Shown: positions 7,991 to 18,215, counted from the stretch's first letter. The stretch: 55,237 nucleotides of DNA from a virus (IMGVR_UViG_3300021964_000087:1-55237), one strand, 5' to 3'. Notes: generated by a model not told the origin, from the sequence alone. Translations and numbers: made by a program.

Positions 7991-8587
7991 TTAAAAATTA
8001 TATCCATAAGTTTTAAAATCTAAACTGCATCGATCTTCAACAATTTTTCTTGTTGTTTGATTATAAAACGTTTTATAATGATCGTGTATTGTAACATTGT
8101 TGTTAGGCAATGGATCAAAACAGTTTAACTTTTCTTGTATTATCTTAAAATCTTCATTTATATTTTCCAATCTTAAAATACAATCAATCCTATTAATTTT
8201 TTCTGCCTGAATATCACTTAAAATAGAAGGGTCTGTATCCAGCCATTCTTCAAATGATATTTTATATGTATCTCTAGCCGCCCAGGCTGCTTTATAAGAC
8301 TCTTTTCTTGTAGCACCTTTTTTATATTTTTCAATTCTATCTTCTATTTGCTTAATGTGATAGTTGTATGAACTTACAACTCTTGCAAATGGATTTCTTA
8401 TTATGCAAAATGTAAATCCCATTATATCTCTATTTGTATTCTGTTCCAGTCTTTGGAATGAGCAATGTTTTGCTCCTAATTTGTTACATGTAGTATTTTT
8501 AAATAACCATTTTGTCACACTTGTTCCGCCATTTTTCTTTAAATGAACGAATGTCATTTTTAATGGATGTGTAACTAAAATTGCCAT
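7991..8587 (-). CDS. Sulfotransferase (Sulfotransfer_2-like family)
   Basis: 5'-PSB loop FVHLKKNGGTSV, 3'-PB motif IIRNPFARVVSSY, LRLENINEDF, and C-terminal DF..YGY.F. Confidence 0.8.
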   Translation of the reverse strand: MAILVTHPLKMTFVHLKKNGGTSVTKWLFKNTTCNKLGAKHCSFQRLEQNTNRDIMGFTFCIIRNPFARVVSSYNYHIKQIEDRIEKYKKGATRKESYKAAWAARDTYKISFEEWLDTDPSILSDIQAEKINRIDCILRLENINEDFKIIQEKLNCFDPLPNNNVTIHDHYKTFYNQTTRKIVEDRCSLDFKTYGYNF

Positions 8588-9024
8588 TATCTTTTCTTTC
8601 CTGTGTGAAAGATATCATCCTCACTCACTATTCTGAATCTAACTCTTTTCTGTTTGCACCATGCAGCGGCCGCTTCCCATTTGGCTTGATTCTTAATATA
8701 CTGTTCTTGATTGTATCTACTCTTACCAACCTTTTCTCTCAGAGTTTGATTGGCTGGTTTTACCTCAACCACTTCAGCATTCTTCCTACCATTCTTATCT
8801 TGATAGACAATAAAAAAATCTGGAACGTATATAGAATATTTTCCGGTTAATGGATCTCTATAAGGAATTTGTATGCTTTCGCTTGCCCAACTCTCTACTC
8901 CCGGGTGTTCATCAAGCATTCTCATAAAGACAAATTCCCAACTACTCCTAGCAAGTGGTTTTTTGTTACCTACATACTTGCTTGGGTTTTTCATTTCAAA
9001 TCTACCCTGAGCAAACTTAGGCAT
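8587..9024 (-). CDS. Head completion nuclease (T4 gp4-like, TnsA-type PD-(D/E)xK)
   Basis: NPSKYVG, RSSWE, YVPDF, VEVKP and NQAKWEAA motifs. Confidence 0.88.
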   Translation of the reverse strand: MPKFAQGRFEMKNPSKYVGNKKPLARSSWEFVFMRMLDEHPGVESWASESIQIPYRDPLTGKYSIYVPDFFIVYQDKNGRKNAEVVEVKPANQTLREKVGKSRYNQEQYIKNQAKWEAAAAWCKQKRVRFRIVSEDDIFHTGKKR

Positions 9025-9395
9025 TATGGCACCACGTTACGTTGTTTTGAAACATTTGATATCTGTTGTCTGTATCCTAGAGTTGATGTTGCTGGTCTGT
9101 TGTTGTTAAGTATTTCACTGACTAATGCACTAATTTCTAATTCACCAAAGCCTTTTAAATCATCTAATATAGAAAATACACTTACATTTTCAAGTTTAGC
9201 CTGTTTCAATAATGTTAGAGAAGTAACCTTTGCAGCATCATCGTTAAATCCCTTGGATCTAAAAAAGTTAACAGCAGTGTCAACTTCTGTCGAATTAAAT
9301 TCTAAAGGTTCCTGTCCATAAGTATCAAAAAATAGTTTTGTTCTTGCGGCGCTATCGGTTATTTGTTTTTCAGGTAGATTTGTTTTTGCTTCCAT
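9024..9395 (-). CDS. Hypothetical protein
   Basis: 123-aa ORF translationally coupled (TAATG overlaps) on both sides. Confidence 0.7.
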   Translation of the reverse strand: MEAKTNLPEKQITDSAARTKLFFDTYGQEPLEFNSTEVDTAVNFFRSKGFNDDAAKVTSLTLLKQAKLENVSVFSILDDLKGFGELEISALVSEILNNNRPATSTLGYRQQISNVSKQRNVVP

Positions 9396-10480
9396 TATGT
9401 TGAATCTCCTGTCAGTCTTTTTTGTGATCCTCTTGTGGATGTATTTTGTGGGTCATTCCTGTTGAATATTGCACCGGCTACTCCACTAACTGTGTTAGCC
9501 ACTGCACTGGCTCCTGCAGGGCTTGACAGAATGTTAATCGCTTCTGCTTTTAATCCACCCTTGCTTAATCCTTTAAAATTTTTATATGTATTAACTGCTC
9601 CTATTGCTGTTTTTAGAAAACCCTGTCCGGAACTAAATGCTGTTCCGTCACCAACTGCACCGAATACACTTTCAAGTCCGTCAAGAACGCCACCCGGTCC
9701 TAGCAATGCACCCGTGCCGCCACCTGCTACGTCTAATGGTGATGGTGATCTATCATAATGTAATGTTGCAAATCCCTTAGGTGTTCCTTCAGAAACTGTT
9801 CCAGCACTGTATATCACTGCTTCATATTCTAATGTCATTTTTGATTCAGCAGGTGTCGATGCATCAGCATAATCCATTGACCCGTGTTCCCAAGAAGTTA
9901 TTTTAGGATTAACTAAAGTGTAACCTATAAATCTTCTTCGACCCATTGTGTATAATGTAACGGATTTAAATAATGGTGTTGTTATATCAGCATCTAATCC
10001 GTATCTAAAAAGACTCTCCGGTGTTCCTGAATTTCTATAATGATTGGCATCGTATGCTGTCGTTGGTAATTGTCTATCCTTAACATAGTAGCCGTAATAG
10101 ATTGCCCATAGAGCACTTACAACACCTTGATTATCGTCGTGGAATGAAAAACTAACTGGATCGTAGTTTAGCATCTTATACATAATCTTTTTTCTATTAT
10201 ATTGATTAAATGTTTCTGTTTCGAAATTAAATTTAGGAAGATCAGCAGTTTTAACTAGCAACCCTACTTCATTGGCATGCTTATTTGTAAAATTACTTGC
10301 CTTATGTGCTGTATTATCTATTTCAAGTCTTAGATAATAATTAAACTTTGTTTTAGGTGCAAGACGCAACCCGTCATCAATAAACAATCTTGTAGCGTGC
10401 TGATAGTTAGAAACACGCCCCTTGGGGTTTGTGATACCGGTGAATACGTCTGACAGAAATCTTGTAAATTTGTTGGCCAT
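9395..10480 (-). CDS. Tail tube-fold protein (gp19/gp54-like tube initiator or baseplate-tube junction)
   Basis: VKTADLPKF...NQYNRK...YDPVSFSFHDD...MTLEYE tube-fold pattern; adjacent to the tube gene. Confidence 0.6.
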   Translation of the reverse strand: MANKFTRFLSDVFTGITNPKGRVSNYQHATRLFIDDGLRLAPKTKFNYYLRLEIDNTAHKASNFTNKHANEVGLLVKTADLPKFNFETETFNQYNRKKIMYKMLNYDPVSFSFHDDNQGVVSALWAIYYGYYVKDRQLPTTAYDANHYRNSGTPESLFRYGLDADITTPLFKSVTLYTMGRRRFIGYTLVNPKITSWEHGSMDYADASTPAESKMTLEYEAVIYSAGTVSEGTPKGFATLHYDRSPSPLDVAGGGTGALLGPGGVLDGLESVFGAVGDGTAFSSGQGFLKTAIGAVNTYKNFKGLSKGGLKAEAINILSSPAGASAVANTVSGVAGAIFNRNDPQNTSTRGSQKRLTGDST

Positions 10481-10485
10481 ACTAT

Positions 10486-10527
10486 TATTTAGCCGTAAAA
10501 AAAGCCCGGAAAAAATCCGGGCTTTTT
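10486..10527 (-). terminator. Intrinsic terminator after the tail tube gene, followed by a TAAATA late promoter (10486-10491)
   Basis: AAAAGCCCGGA-TTTT-TCCGGGCTTTTTTT on the minus strand, then cTAAATAatagtATG. Confidence 0.8.
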
Positions 10528-10549
10528 AATTTCAATACTAAAACTAGTA

Positions 10550-11191
10550 TTAACCCTGGCCGCCACCAGCACCAGTTGTTGATTCTCCGATAGTTCTTTC
10601 TACCGCAGCACCAATTCCTATGCCAACGCCAGTTTCGCCTGCACCCCACTGTGTCATGTTATCAAAGCGGATTGTTAGTGCAACCTGCATTGCTTCATTA
10701 GTAGCGTAGTTAGCGTCACCGTAGTCAACGTTAGTTAGGAAACAACCATACAAGTTTGCAGTTTCTAGAACGTTAATTCCAGAAGCGTTGTTACCATTAC
10801 CACCGTCTAATACTTCGATCTTAGTAGTAAATTTATAGTCAATACCAGATCTTGCAGAAGCCTGTTCAACAAAGTCGAACTGTTTCTGGACCTGTTGTCC
10901 AACCATTTTCTGAACTTCACCGCTAGCGTCGTCACGCAAGTTAAGCGTAACAGTTTCAAAGGTATACTTACCTGCTAGGTAAACCTTTGAGTTGTAAACG
11001 TCTAACGGAATTTCTTCAAATCCAACTTTCGGTCTTGCAACATCAACTACCTGTTTAGTAAGTTCAGTAGCAGCAGCAACTCCGAATCCAAGTAAAGTAA
11101 CGCGGAAGCGATACTTTAACTTTGGCATCAAGAGCACTTGGTTGCCTGCGTCTGTTGGAACTGAAAAGTTATTTAATGATGTAATAGGCAT
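10550..11191 (-). CDS. Tail tube protein (gp19-like)
   Basis: PKLKYRFRV, YLAGKYTFETVTLNLRDD, LYGCF..NVDYG, LTIRFDN; directly downstream of the sheath gene. Confidence 0.85.
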   Translation of the reverse strand: MPITSLNNFSVPTDAGNQVLLMPKLKYRFRVTLLGFGVAAATELTKQVVDVARPKVGFEEIPLDVYNSKVYLAGKYTFETVTLNLRDDASGEVQKMVGQQVQKQFDFVEQASARSGIDYKFTTKIEVLDGGNGNNASGINVLETANLYGCFLTNVDYGDANYATNEAMQVALTIRFDNMTQWGAGETGVGIGIGAAVERTIGESTTGAGGGQG

Positions 11192-11194
11192 TTC

Positions 11195-14100
11195 TTATAT
11201 CTCCCCTGTGTTCTTGACACGCAACGGAATGTATATGAACTCAATAGCCTTGACTGGTTCAATCGCAATGTCTACATATAGTTCGTTACGATCGATTCTA
11301 GCCGGAGTATTGTTTGTTTCATCACAAACTACTGCGAAATCGTAAAGAGCTCTAAGACCAACTAATTCAAGCAGTAAACTTTCAACTGATTGTTTGATCT
11401 CGTCTCTTGTGATTTTATCATTTGGTTCAAAGATATACGGACGAGCCAATTTGTTAAGTTGACTACGTAGGTATACTACCAAACGTGCTACGTTAATTCT
11501 GTCTAGTGCAGAAGCATTTCTTGCTCTAGTCTTTTGACCGTAGTTGACTAGTCCAACTCCATTAAAGAATGTAATTGGGTTAATCTTTAGATCATATAAC
11601 GTATCTCTTTGTCCTTCATTAAGTGCAACTGTTTGGAATTCGCCCGTTGCAGCATCAATATATCCTACTGCTGTAGCATTACTGATTCCACCACGTCTTG
11701 TTCCTGCTGGAGCAAACCATGGAAACGATACTTGATCGCTAAGTGCAATAGTTCTCATCATCATGTGTGATGCTGGAACAACTGCATTTGATCCACCTAG
11801 GTCAGTTGTAAATCCATTTGGATAAAACGCACCTAAGTATTCATCGTATGTCACTAATCCATCGTCACCGTTGTCAGTAACTAAATTAGCATTTGAACCC
11901 CAGTTAGTTAGTGTAGTTGCATCTGCTGCTAATCTTAAAGGTGTATCACCAATTACAAATGCTGTTAAGCCTCTGTCAATGTTAAGATTAACTAGGTTAC
12001 TCATTAGTTCTGGATAACCTGGTGCAGAAATAATGTTGAAGTTACGTCTTTCTTCATCACGTATTTGGCTGCTTGTGTCAATTACACTCTTCATTCTTTG
12101 AATAACAACCTTACGCTGTGCCTTTCTTCCGAAAGAACCTGAGCCGTCTTCGTTATTACCTGATTCAGTAACCCAACGGTCAGTTGCGTAGTCAGCCATT
12201 GCTTCATCGTTATTAAAGCGTTGGTTGTCTGCTGTTGTATCAATGTAGTTGTTAGCGTAACGCTTAACGTTACCACCACTTCTACGTAGATTCCATAACA
12301 ACATTCCTTGTGGATACAGTGCAGGATCTGGAGCATCTGGATCTAGGAAGTCTGCCTTCATTAAATCCTTAATAGTTGCTGCTGTGTTACCAGTAGCACC
12401 TGTTAATCCATAACGTGCATCTCCAAATAGGATACCGTCTTCAGTTGTTTGATCAGTCTTGTCAATTAAAACCCATCTGTCTGAAGCAGGACCTGACTGG
12501 TTGCTGTCATACTTGTAAATTGTTGGATAATTTTCAATATCCGCTGTTGAAATCCAAAGATCGCCATCAGCAGTTGTTCCTGATACATAAGGATTTGATG
12601 CAGCCACTGTTGGAGTATAACCAACTCTGTCGCTGACTGCTTCAGTGTATGGACTTGTTGCACTTCTGTAACCTACCCATGTAGTTCCATCATGTATCAT
12701 GATGTCAACATCTGAAAACTCTGGGTTATACCAAAGTTGTCCATCTGCTGGCTCTGCTTCTGGATTATTTGAACTAGCATAAAAATCATTTACTGATAAT
12801 GGTTGCCAGTTTGAAGCAAGATATCTGTTTTCAGCAGTTGAGTCATCAGCACCTGGTGCTAGTTGACTTGCGCCGCCTGTTAGTGAAGCATCTGATAAGT
12901 TATAAAAATTAGCAGTTCCTTCGCCTGTGTCGATATTGTATGGTGTAAACAATGCACCAACAGCATCTCTACCAATGTCACGCATTCTAATTTCACCGCC
13001 TAGTTTGTGTGAAATTGTAATTTCATTGTTTGCTGTGACTGCTGCTTCAACATTTGTTAGTCCTGCTGCATTAATGGCTGCTGCCATTGTATTAGCATCT
13101 GCACTGCTTCCAGAACTTGTAAATTCAACAACTACTGCTGAGTTTAACGTTTCCTGGTTCAGGATCGATTCTTCAATCTCGAACTGATAATCATCTGCTG
13201 TAAGTTGTGTTGCAACTACTGAAGAAGTAACTGTTGTGTATCCTGTGTTTGCTCTACGCCATACACGGAATACTGCTGTTGCAGGTGAACTGTCATATGC
13301 ACTGTGTTCAAAAGCATTTGTTTGAACAAACAAACTGTCTGCTGCAATATTTGCACCAGCGCCGCTTCTGTCTAGTGAGTAAATTGCTGAATGTCCGCTT
13401 GAATAAAGTGGAGCATCTGCTGATACCCAACTAGTTGTTGCTGTATCCCACTTGCTTGCTCTCCATCTAGAACCGTTGTTTGGCTCAGTGGTCTTGATCC
13501 AAATAGAACCAGTTGGTCTAGCATCTGCGTCAGTTCCTGGAGTTCCCTTCCATTGTGGAACCAAAGTATGTGGATTCTGGTAAAGATCAGGACCTTTGTA
13601 TGTTGCCGCACTAATTTCTAGTTCGTCTAGGTCTGCTGTTCCAGCACCAATTGTGATTGTATTGGCATTTGTGTTACTTGTTCCATCTGTATAAATTCTA
13701 ATAGTTGAATTAACATTTTTTGCAGTAACACCTGTGATTCCATAACCATTAATTTGTGTAACAATCTCATCAACTGTATCACCGGTCGTAATTGTAACTG
13801 TTGTGCTATTAATTGTAAAGTTACCTGCTGCTGCTGTAATTTTGGCACTAGTTAATTGAGCAGTAGTAATTGTTGGATGACTTGCTCTCCATTCTGAAGA
13901 ACCAACTAATACCCAATCGCCTGCTGCAACACCTGCTTGTGTGTTACCTGCTGACTTGTAATACATTCTTGCTGGATCTTTGCTAAATGAAAATGTTCCA
14001 GTTGTTGCTGTCCCGACAGTTTCAAATACAACTGCGTAGTCACCAATTGAACCAACTGAACCTAGTGGAGCGTTATTTGAAATTTTTGCTGCATCGTCGT

Positions 14101-14614
14101 CTGTTAAAACAATCGGTTCTTTACTAGCAAATTTCTGACCGCCAGTGGTGCTAATTGCAGCACTGTTCCACTCCTGAATACCCCATGATGTAGAGCCTGT
14201 ATTAATCCACCAAGTCCCGTCTGGGGGATTCGCTCCCGGAGCCTCTGCTGTTCCTTCTAGTTGTCCTAGGTCCATATCTGCTCTAACAATAAAAGCAGCG
14301 TTTGATACGCCTAGTAAACTGTATGCTGCCAATAACCCATATTCATTTAATTCGCTACCATGAATAGGTGTATTGCTCGCTGTCTTTTCGAAGTTTGGAA
14401 CTCCAAAAAGATCTACTAATTCTTTTTGACTTGTCACTTTAAATGCAGAACCTGCATTCGCCGCCGTAGTTGCTGAAGCAACGCCTGTGCCTGCGGCATT
14501 TGTTTTATCTTGGGCTGTTGCCACGACAATTAGTGGAGTTGTTCCCGGTTCAGCCGGGGTGTAAAAACTCTCGTCGATTACCGTAACTTCTACGCCGGGT
14601 GATGTAAGTGCCAT
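11195..14614 (-). CDS. Tail sheath protein (gp18-like) with a large internal insertion
   Basis: N-terminal LTSPGVEVTVIDES; C-terminal PWFAPAGTRRG, LYDLKINPI, ALDRINVARL, FEPND, VVCDETNNTP..IDRNEL. Confidence 0.95.
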   Translation of the reverse strand: MALTSPGVEVTVIDESFYTPAEPGTTPLIVVATAQDKTNAAGTGVASATTAANAGSAFKVTSQKELVDLFGVPNFEKTASNTPIHGSELNEYGLLAAYSLLGVSNAAFIVRADMDLGQLEGTAEAPGANPPDGTWWINTGSTSWGIQEWNSAAISTTGGQKFASKEPIVLTDDDAAKISNNAPLGSVGSIGDYAVVFETVGTATTGTFSFSKDPARMYYKSAGNTQAGVAAGDWVLVGSSEWRASHPTITTAQLTSAKITAAAGNFTINSTTVTITTGDTVDEIVTQINGYGITGVTAKNVNSTIRIYTDGTSNTNANTITIGAGTADLDELEISAATYKGPDLYQNPHTLVPQWKGTPGTDADARPTGSIWIKTTEPNNGSRWRASKWDTATTSWVSADAPLYSSGHSAIYSLDRSGAGANIAADSLFVQTNAFEHSAYDSSPATAVFRVWRRANTGYTTVTSSVVATQLTADDYQFEIEESILNQETLNSAVVVEFTSSGSSADANTMAAAINAAGLTNVEAAVTANNEITISHKLGGEIRMRDIGRDAVGALFTPYNIDTGEGTANFYNLSDASLTGGASQLAPGADDSTAENRYLASNWQPLSVNDFYASSNNPEAEPADGQLWYNPEFSDVDIMIHDGTTWVGYRSATSPYTEAVSDRVGYTPTVAASNPYVSGTTADGDLWISTADIENYPTIYKYDSNQSGPASDRWVLIDKTDQTTEDGILFGDARYGLTGATGNTAATIKDLMKADFLDPDAPDPALYPQGMLLWNLRRSGGNVKRYANNYIDTTADNQRFNNDEAMADYATDRWVTESGNNEDGSGSFGRKAQRKVVIQRMKSVIDTSSQIRDEERRNFNIISAPGYPELMSNLVNLNIDRGLTAFVIGDTPLRLAADATTLTNWGSNANLVTDNGDDGLVTYDEYLGAFYPNGFTTDLGGSNAVVPASHMMMRTIALSDQVSFPWFAPAGTRRGGISNATAVGYIDAATGEFQTVALNEGQRDTLYDLKINPITFFNGVGLVNYGQKTRARNASALDRINVARLVVYLRSQLNKLARPYIFEPNDKITRDEIKQSVESLLLELVGLRALYDFAVVCDETNNTPARIDRNELYVDIAIEPVKAIEFIYIPLRVKNTGEI

Positions 14615-14675
14615 CTAGTTTTCTCCTGGTAATGTATACTTTCTTTTCAATTCATTACGTAATGTATTGTTACTG

Positions 14676-14745
14676 TATTTAGCGGAAACATCAAAAAATG
14701 GTGTGTTATACAGTTAAATATAAAGGGGTTAAAAAGGTGTAAATA
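14676..14745. promoter_or_regulatory. Divergent late-promoter motifs: TAAATA on - (14676-14681, sheath) and on + (14740-14745, HNH-like gene)
   Basis: Motifs read directly in the divergent intergenic region. Confidence 0.6.
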
Positions 14746-14750
14746 TATGT

Positions 14751-15086
14751 ATGAGACCGTTATGTCAGTGCGGTTTAAGGCCGCGAGCAGTAAACTATAA
14801 GAAGGGTAAAAAGACCTACTATAGAAGTCTCTGTGAAGTATGCTTAAACAACGGTGTATATCACGGAGTTCCGAGATGGTATAGAGCCGGATATCGAATG
14901 AAGAATGCCTGCGATAAATGCGGTTTTAAATCAGAGCATTATGAAACTTTTAGAGTGTTTCATGTTGATCAAAACCTCGACAACTGTCGGCATAGTAATC
15001 TAAAAACTGTGTGTGCAAATTGTAGAACAATATTAGCCAAGGAAGGAATACGCTGGAAACAGGGAGATCTAACTCCCGACTATTAG
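14751..15086 (+). CDS. Zinc-binding HNH-like protein
   Basis: CxC, CxxC and CxxC pairs, plus FHVDQNLDN...NLKTVCANC (degenerate HNH). Confidence 0.65.
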   Translation: MRPLCQCGLRPRAVNYKKGKKTYYRSLCEVCLNNGVYHGVPRWYRAGYRMKNACDKCGFKSEHYETFRVFHVDQNLDNCRHSNLKTVCANCRTILAKEGIRWKQGDLTPDY

Positions 15087-15686
15087 TTCTATTTTTTTAT
15101 ACAATTCATCAATAGTTGTATTATTAGTAACTTCGTGATCAAACTCCGTTCCTACCCATGCCCACTCAGAAGCATGAATTTTACGAATCTTCATCTCATT
15201 AATTGATACGTTCGACCCACCATTTGCCCGTATCGCATGATCATACCATTCAGGAAGATTTCCTCTTTTAACCCATACAATTTGTCCGCCAAGATTCTTA
15301 ATGGCTTTAATTTCATTAGGAAATCGAACATCACTAACCACAATATTATCCTTACTCTGACGAAGTTTATTTTCTAAACTAGCAATCCAAATATCGTCAT
15401 GAAATGTTTTACGGCAAACTTCAGTTCCCCAATACTGTAGGACCCAACGTGGTGTAAGAGTTGGCATTGCTAGGCGTTCTGCCCACCAAGGATCTACCTG
15501 TTCGCGCCACTCTCTAGATTCTTTTGTTCTTCCTTCCAGCATGGTCCTATTCCAACCAAAAACTGCTGCTACAGAATCTTTAAGTGAATCTGCAAAACTT
15601 TCTCTACGGAATTCTTTGAAGTTAACCAAATAATCAGCAATGGTATCTTTACCAGACCCGATAAATCCGCAAACGCCTATAATCAT
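15069..15686 (-). CDS. Deoxynucleoside monophosphate kinase (T4 gp1-like)
   Basis: P-loop GFIGSGKDT, SFADSLKD, TPRWVLQYWGTE, SDVRFPNE, HASE. Confidence 0.92.
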   Translation of the reverse strand: MIIGVCGFIGSGKDTIADYLVNFKEFRRESFADSLKDSVAAVFGWNRTMLEGRTKESREWREQVDPWWAERLAMPTLTPRWVLQYWGTEVCRKTFHDDIWIASLENKLRQSKDNIVVSDVRFPNEIKAIKNLGGQIVWVKRGNLPEWYDHAIRANGGSNVSINEMKIRKIHASEWAWVGTEFDHEVTNNTTIDELYKKIELIVGS

Positions 15687-15707
15687 ATAACTCTCCTATA
15701 AAGTTAT

Positions 15708-15735
15708 ATTATAGCGTCTTTAGATTAAATGTCAA
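15708..15735 (-). promoter_or_regulatory. Sigma70-type early/middle promoter for the dNMP kinase
   Basis: TTGACA-16-TATAAT, followed by SD AGGAG. Confidence 0.75.
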
Positions 15736-15739
15736 GTGT

Positions 15740-16081
15740 TTAATAGAAGGGTTTTGGCTGTCCTGGCTTGCCTGTATTGAGTTTTCTTGCCAAAACACTT
15801 GCGGTGTTGATTGATTTTGTTCTTTGCTGTCTGCGTGCTTGTGTGGGTGAAGTTCTAGCACGAGTGGTTTTCATCTTCTGTGCTCTTGCAACATTATACT
15901 GCTGAACACATTTTGAAGGGTGGCTCACTTGTCTTCCTGCTCTTGGACCTACAGAGCATCTAAAGCGAAGTGAAGTTTTACCACCTTTGGCTGTTCCGCC
16001 GGTTCTACCCCATACCATCTTGGCTACTTCGTTGTAGATTTGATCGTGCTCTTCTTCTGTTAAAAATTCTTCTGCTCTCAT
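15740..16081 (-). CDS. Small basic hypothetical protein (start revised to MRAEEFLTE)
   Basis: ATG at 16081 overlaps the gp13 stop (TAATG); Arg/Lys-rich. Confidence 0.65.
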   Translation of the reverse strand: MRAEEFLTEEEHDQIYNEVAKMVWGRTGGTAKGGKTSLRFRCSVGPRAGRQVSHPSKCVQQYNVARAQKMKTTRARTSPTQARRQQRTKSINTASVLARKLNTGKPGQPKPFY

Positions 16082-16839
16082 TAACCTATAATCCAACTGT
16101 ATCCGTGTCCGCCTGCAACCTGTGTGCCAAGTTCCATAGTCAATCTTTCAATATCGTTAAAGCCTTCCTGTTTAATGCTTGCACCATTAAGTGCTGTTCC
16201 GCCTTGTGGTCCTGCGATACTAGCAAATTTCTCACGTGCTTGTCCTAGCATTACCTTACAGTTTGCAAGAGTATAATCCTTAATCCACTGTCCTGAATAT
16301 ACATCTTCAAGTATCACAAAGTCTGGTTTATCGTTATATGCCCACAACAGAACTTCTTCGGTGCCTCTTGGACGCTGCATAATAATTAATTTCTTACTCT
16401 GTGGATTCCAAGTAAAGTTAATGAATGATCCAAACATTTTACCAACTAATTCTTGATACTGAGCAAATAATTCGTATGTTGCTAAACCACCCATGTTAGT
16501 TGAGCTTAACAAATATGTGTTTGTATATGCTAGGTTAAATGGTTCAAAGACAGTGCCGCCTGTTCCGTTACCCGTTCTAGAACCAACGCTTCTTCGATAA
16601 ATTTGTCTTACCTGTTGTATCTCTTTTGGTAGAATATATTCGTTTTGATTTTCTTCCAGGCTTAAAGTAATGTAACTTTCTTCAACCGAGTTGTCAGAAC
16701 GCTGTCTGAATACACCCAGTGCTCTTTTTAATCCTGTTTCGTAGTGTTCTGGATCTAGCTCAACGTCAATCATGCCATCGCCTAGCATGAGTCTAACATA
16801 GTCGAATACTTCTTGTTTTGCTTTGTCTATTTGGCTCAT
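16081..16839 (-). CDS. Neck protein (gp13-like; start revised to MSQIDK)
   Basis: LG..MIDVELD.EH, WIKDYTLA..K..LG..R.KF..I.GP.GG..LNG pattern; late motif 5 nt upstream of the revised ATG. Confidence 0.85.
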   Translation of the reverse strand: MSQIDKAKQEVFDYVRLMLGDGMIDVELDPEHYETGLKRALGVFRQRSDNSVEESYITLSLEENQNEYILPKEIQQVRQIYRRSVGSRTGNGTGGTVFEPFNLAYTNTYLLSSTNMGGLATYELFAQYQELVGKMFGSFINFTWNPQSKKLIIMQRPRGTEEVLLWAYNDKPDFVILEDVYSGQWIKDYTLANCKVMLGQAREKFASIAGPQGGTALNGASIKQEGFNDIERLTMELGTQVAGGHGYSWIIG

Positions 16840-16844
16840 ATAAC

Positions 16845-16875
16845 TATTTATGCCTTGTGCGGAAAACGGTAAATA
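16845..16875. promoter_or_regulatory. Back-to-back late-promoter motifs for gp13 (-, 16845-16850) and gp14 (+, 16870-16875)
   Basis: TATTTA...TAAATA within a 44-bp divergent intergenic gap. Confidence 0.7.
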
Positions 16876-16883
16876 CATATACT

Positions 16884-18215
16884 ATGCCAAGACTCAGTTT
16901 ATATCGCCCGGAAAAGGGCAATGATTATAAGTTCATAGACAAGACTGCCTGGGAAATGTTCCAAGTTGGCGGAACCGATGTGCTTATGCACAAGTATCTC
17001 GGTGCCGAAGCAACAGCGGATACTGTAGGAACTCCATCGCAGCCTAAATATGATACTCTAAACCCCACAAACATACAGGACATGCTATTTCTAGAAAATA
17101 GAGATAGGAAGTATGATCCAGATGTATTTGTCATGCGCGGAGTTTATAATGTTCAGGATATTGACTTTAATCTCAGCCAATTTGGACTGTTTTTACAGAA
17201 CGATACAATATTCATAACATTTCACATAACTGATACTGTAGAAAAACTTGGTAGAAAAATTATTCCAGGTGATGTAATTGAATTACCGCACCTAAAGGAT
17301 GAATACGCACTAAATGATTTAAACTATGCACTCAAGAGATTCTATGTTGTAGAAGACGTAAATCGTGCTGCTGAAGGTTTTAGTGTAACTTGGTATCCAC
17401 ACTTATACAGAGCAAAATGTAAACCGTTGGTAGATTCACAAGAATTTAAGGATATTCTGGATCAAATTGCAGATTCAGAAAACTTCAAAGGTGCGTGGAA
17501 TCCGGATTCGACATACTATCCAGGCGATACCGTTACTGCACCTAATGGTGAAAAATATACCGTTGTTCAAGAAGTTACAGGCATTGCACCACCGGACTTA
17601 ACATATTACAAACCTGCAGACACGCTCAAAGATATTATGAGCACCTATGAAAAGGAAATGCAAATTACCAGTGCAGTTCTAGATCAAGCAGAAGCAGATA
17701 CTCCACAGAGTGGTTACGATACTACAAAACTATATACACTGCAACAAACAGAAGATGGTAAGTCAGAACTTGTATCGGCAGATACTACACTCGACGATGC
17801 TACCATTGATACTGTAACTGCTGATACAGTTTACCAATCAGCAGAAGCAAATGGATACAAGGGATATCTTATTGAAGATGGTATTCCGCCTAATGGTGCA
17901 CCATTTACTCAGGGAATAGCATTTCCGTTAGGGCCTGCTGAAGGTCAATTTCATTTACGAACAGATTATAAACCTACAAGATTGTTCCGTTATGCCAAGG
18001 GCAGATGGAGCAAGGTAGAGGATGATGTGAGAACAAACATTACACACCTAAGCGGAACTGATGTTGAACCGGGAGCAGAGTTTGCTGGCAAAACAGAAAA
18101 AGAAACACAAAAATCATCATTCATTAATAATACAAACGAAAATGTTATCGATGGGCAGACTGTTAAAGAAAAACAGAGTCTATCTAAAGCACTTAGACCG
18201 GAGGCAGATGAATAA
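16884..18215 (+). CDS. Neck/head-closure protein (gp14-like) with C-terminal extension (start revised to MPRLSLY)
   Basis: IQDMLFLENRDRKY, LSQFGL, PGDVIELPH; positioned between gp13 and gp15. Confidence 0.7.
   Translation: MPRLSLYRPEKGNDYKFIDKTAWEMFQVGGTDVLMHKYLGAEATADTVGTPSQPKYDTLNPTNIQDMLFLENRDRKYDPDVFVMRGVYNVQDIDFNLSQFGLFLQNDTIFITFHITDTVEKLGRKIIPGDVIELPHLKDEYALNDLNYALKRFYVVEDVNRAAEGFSVTWYPHLYRAKCKPLVDSQEFKDILDQIADSENFKGAWNPDSTYYPGDTVTAPNGEKYTVVQEVTGIAPPDLTYYKPADTLKDIMSTYEKEMQITSAVLDQAEADTPQSGYDTTKLYTLQQTEDGKSELVSADTTLDDATIDTVTADTVYQSAEANGYKGYLIEDGIPPNGAPFTQGIAFPLGPAEGQFHLRTDYKPTRLFRYAKGRWSKVEDDVRTNITHLSGTDVEPGAEFAGKTEKETQKSSFINNTNENVIDGQTVKEKQSLSKALRPEADE

Noticed and set aside
14751-15086. 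HNH-like gene as a mobile homing endonuclease or intron
   Set aside because: It is short, free-standing and degenerate, and interrupts no gene; terminase, sheath and capsid genes show no intron or intein signatures.
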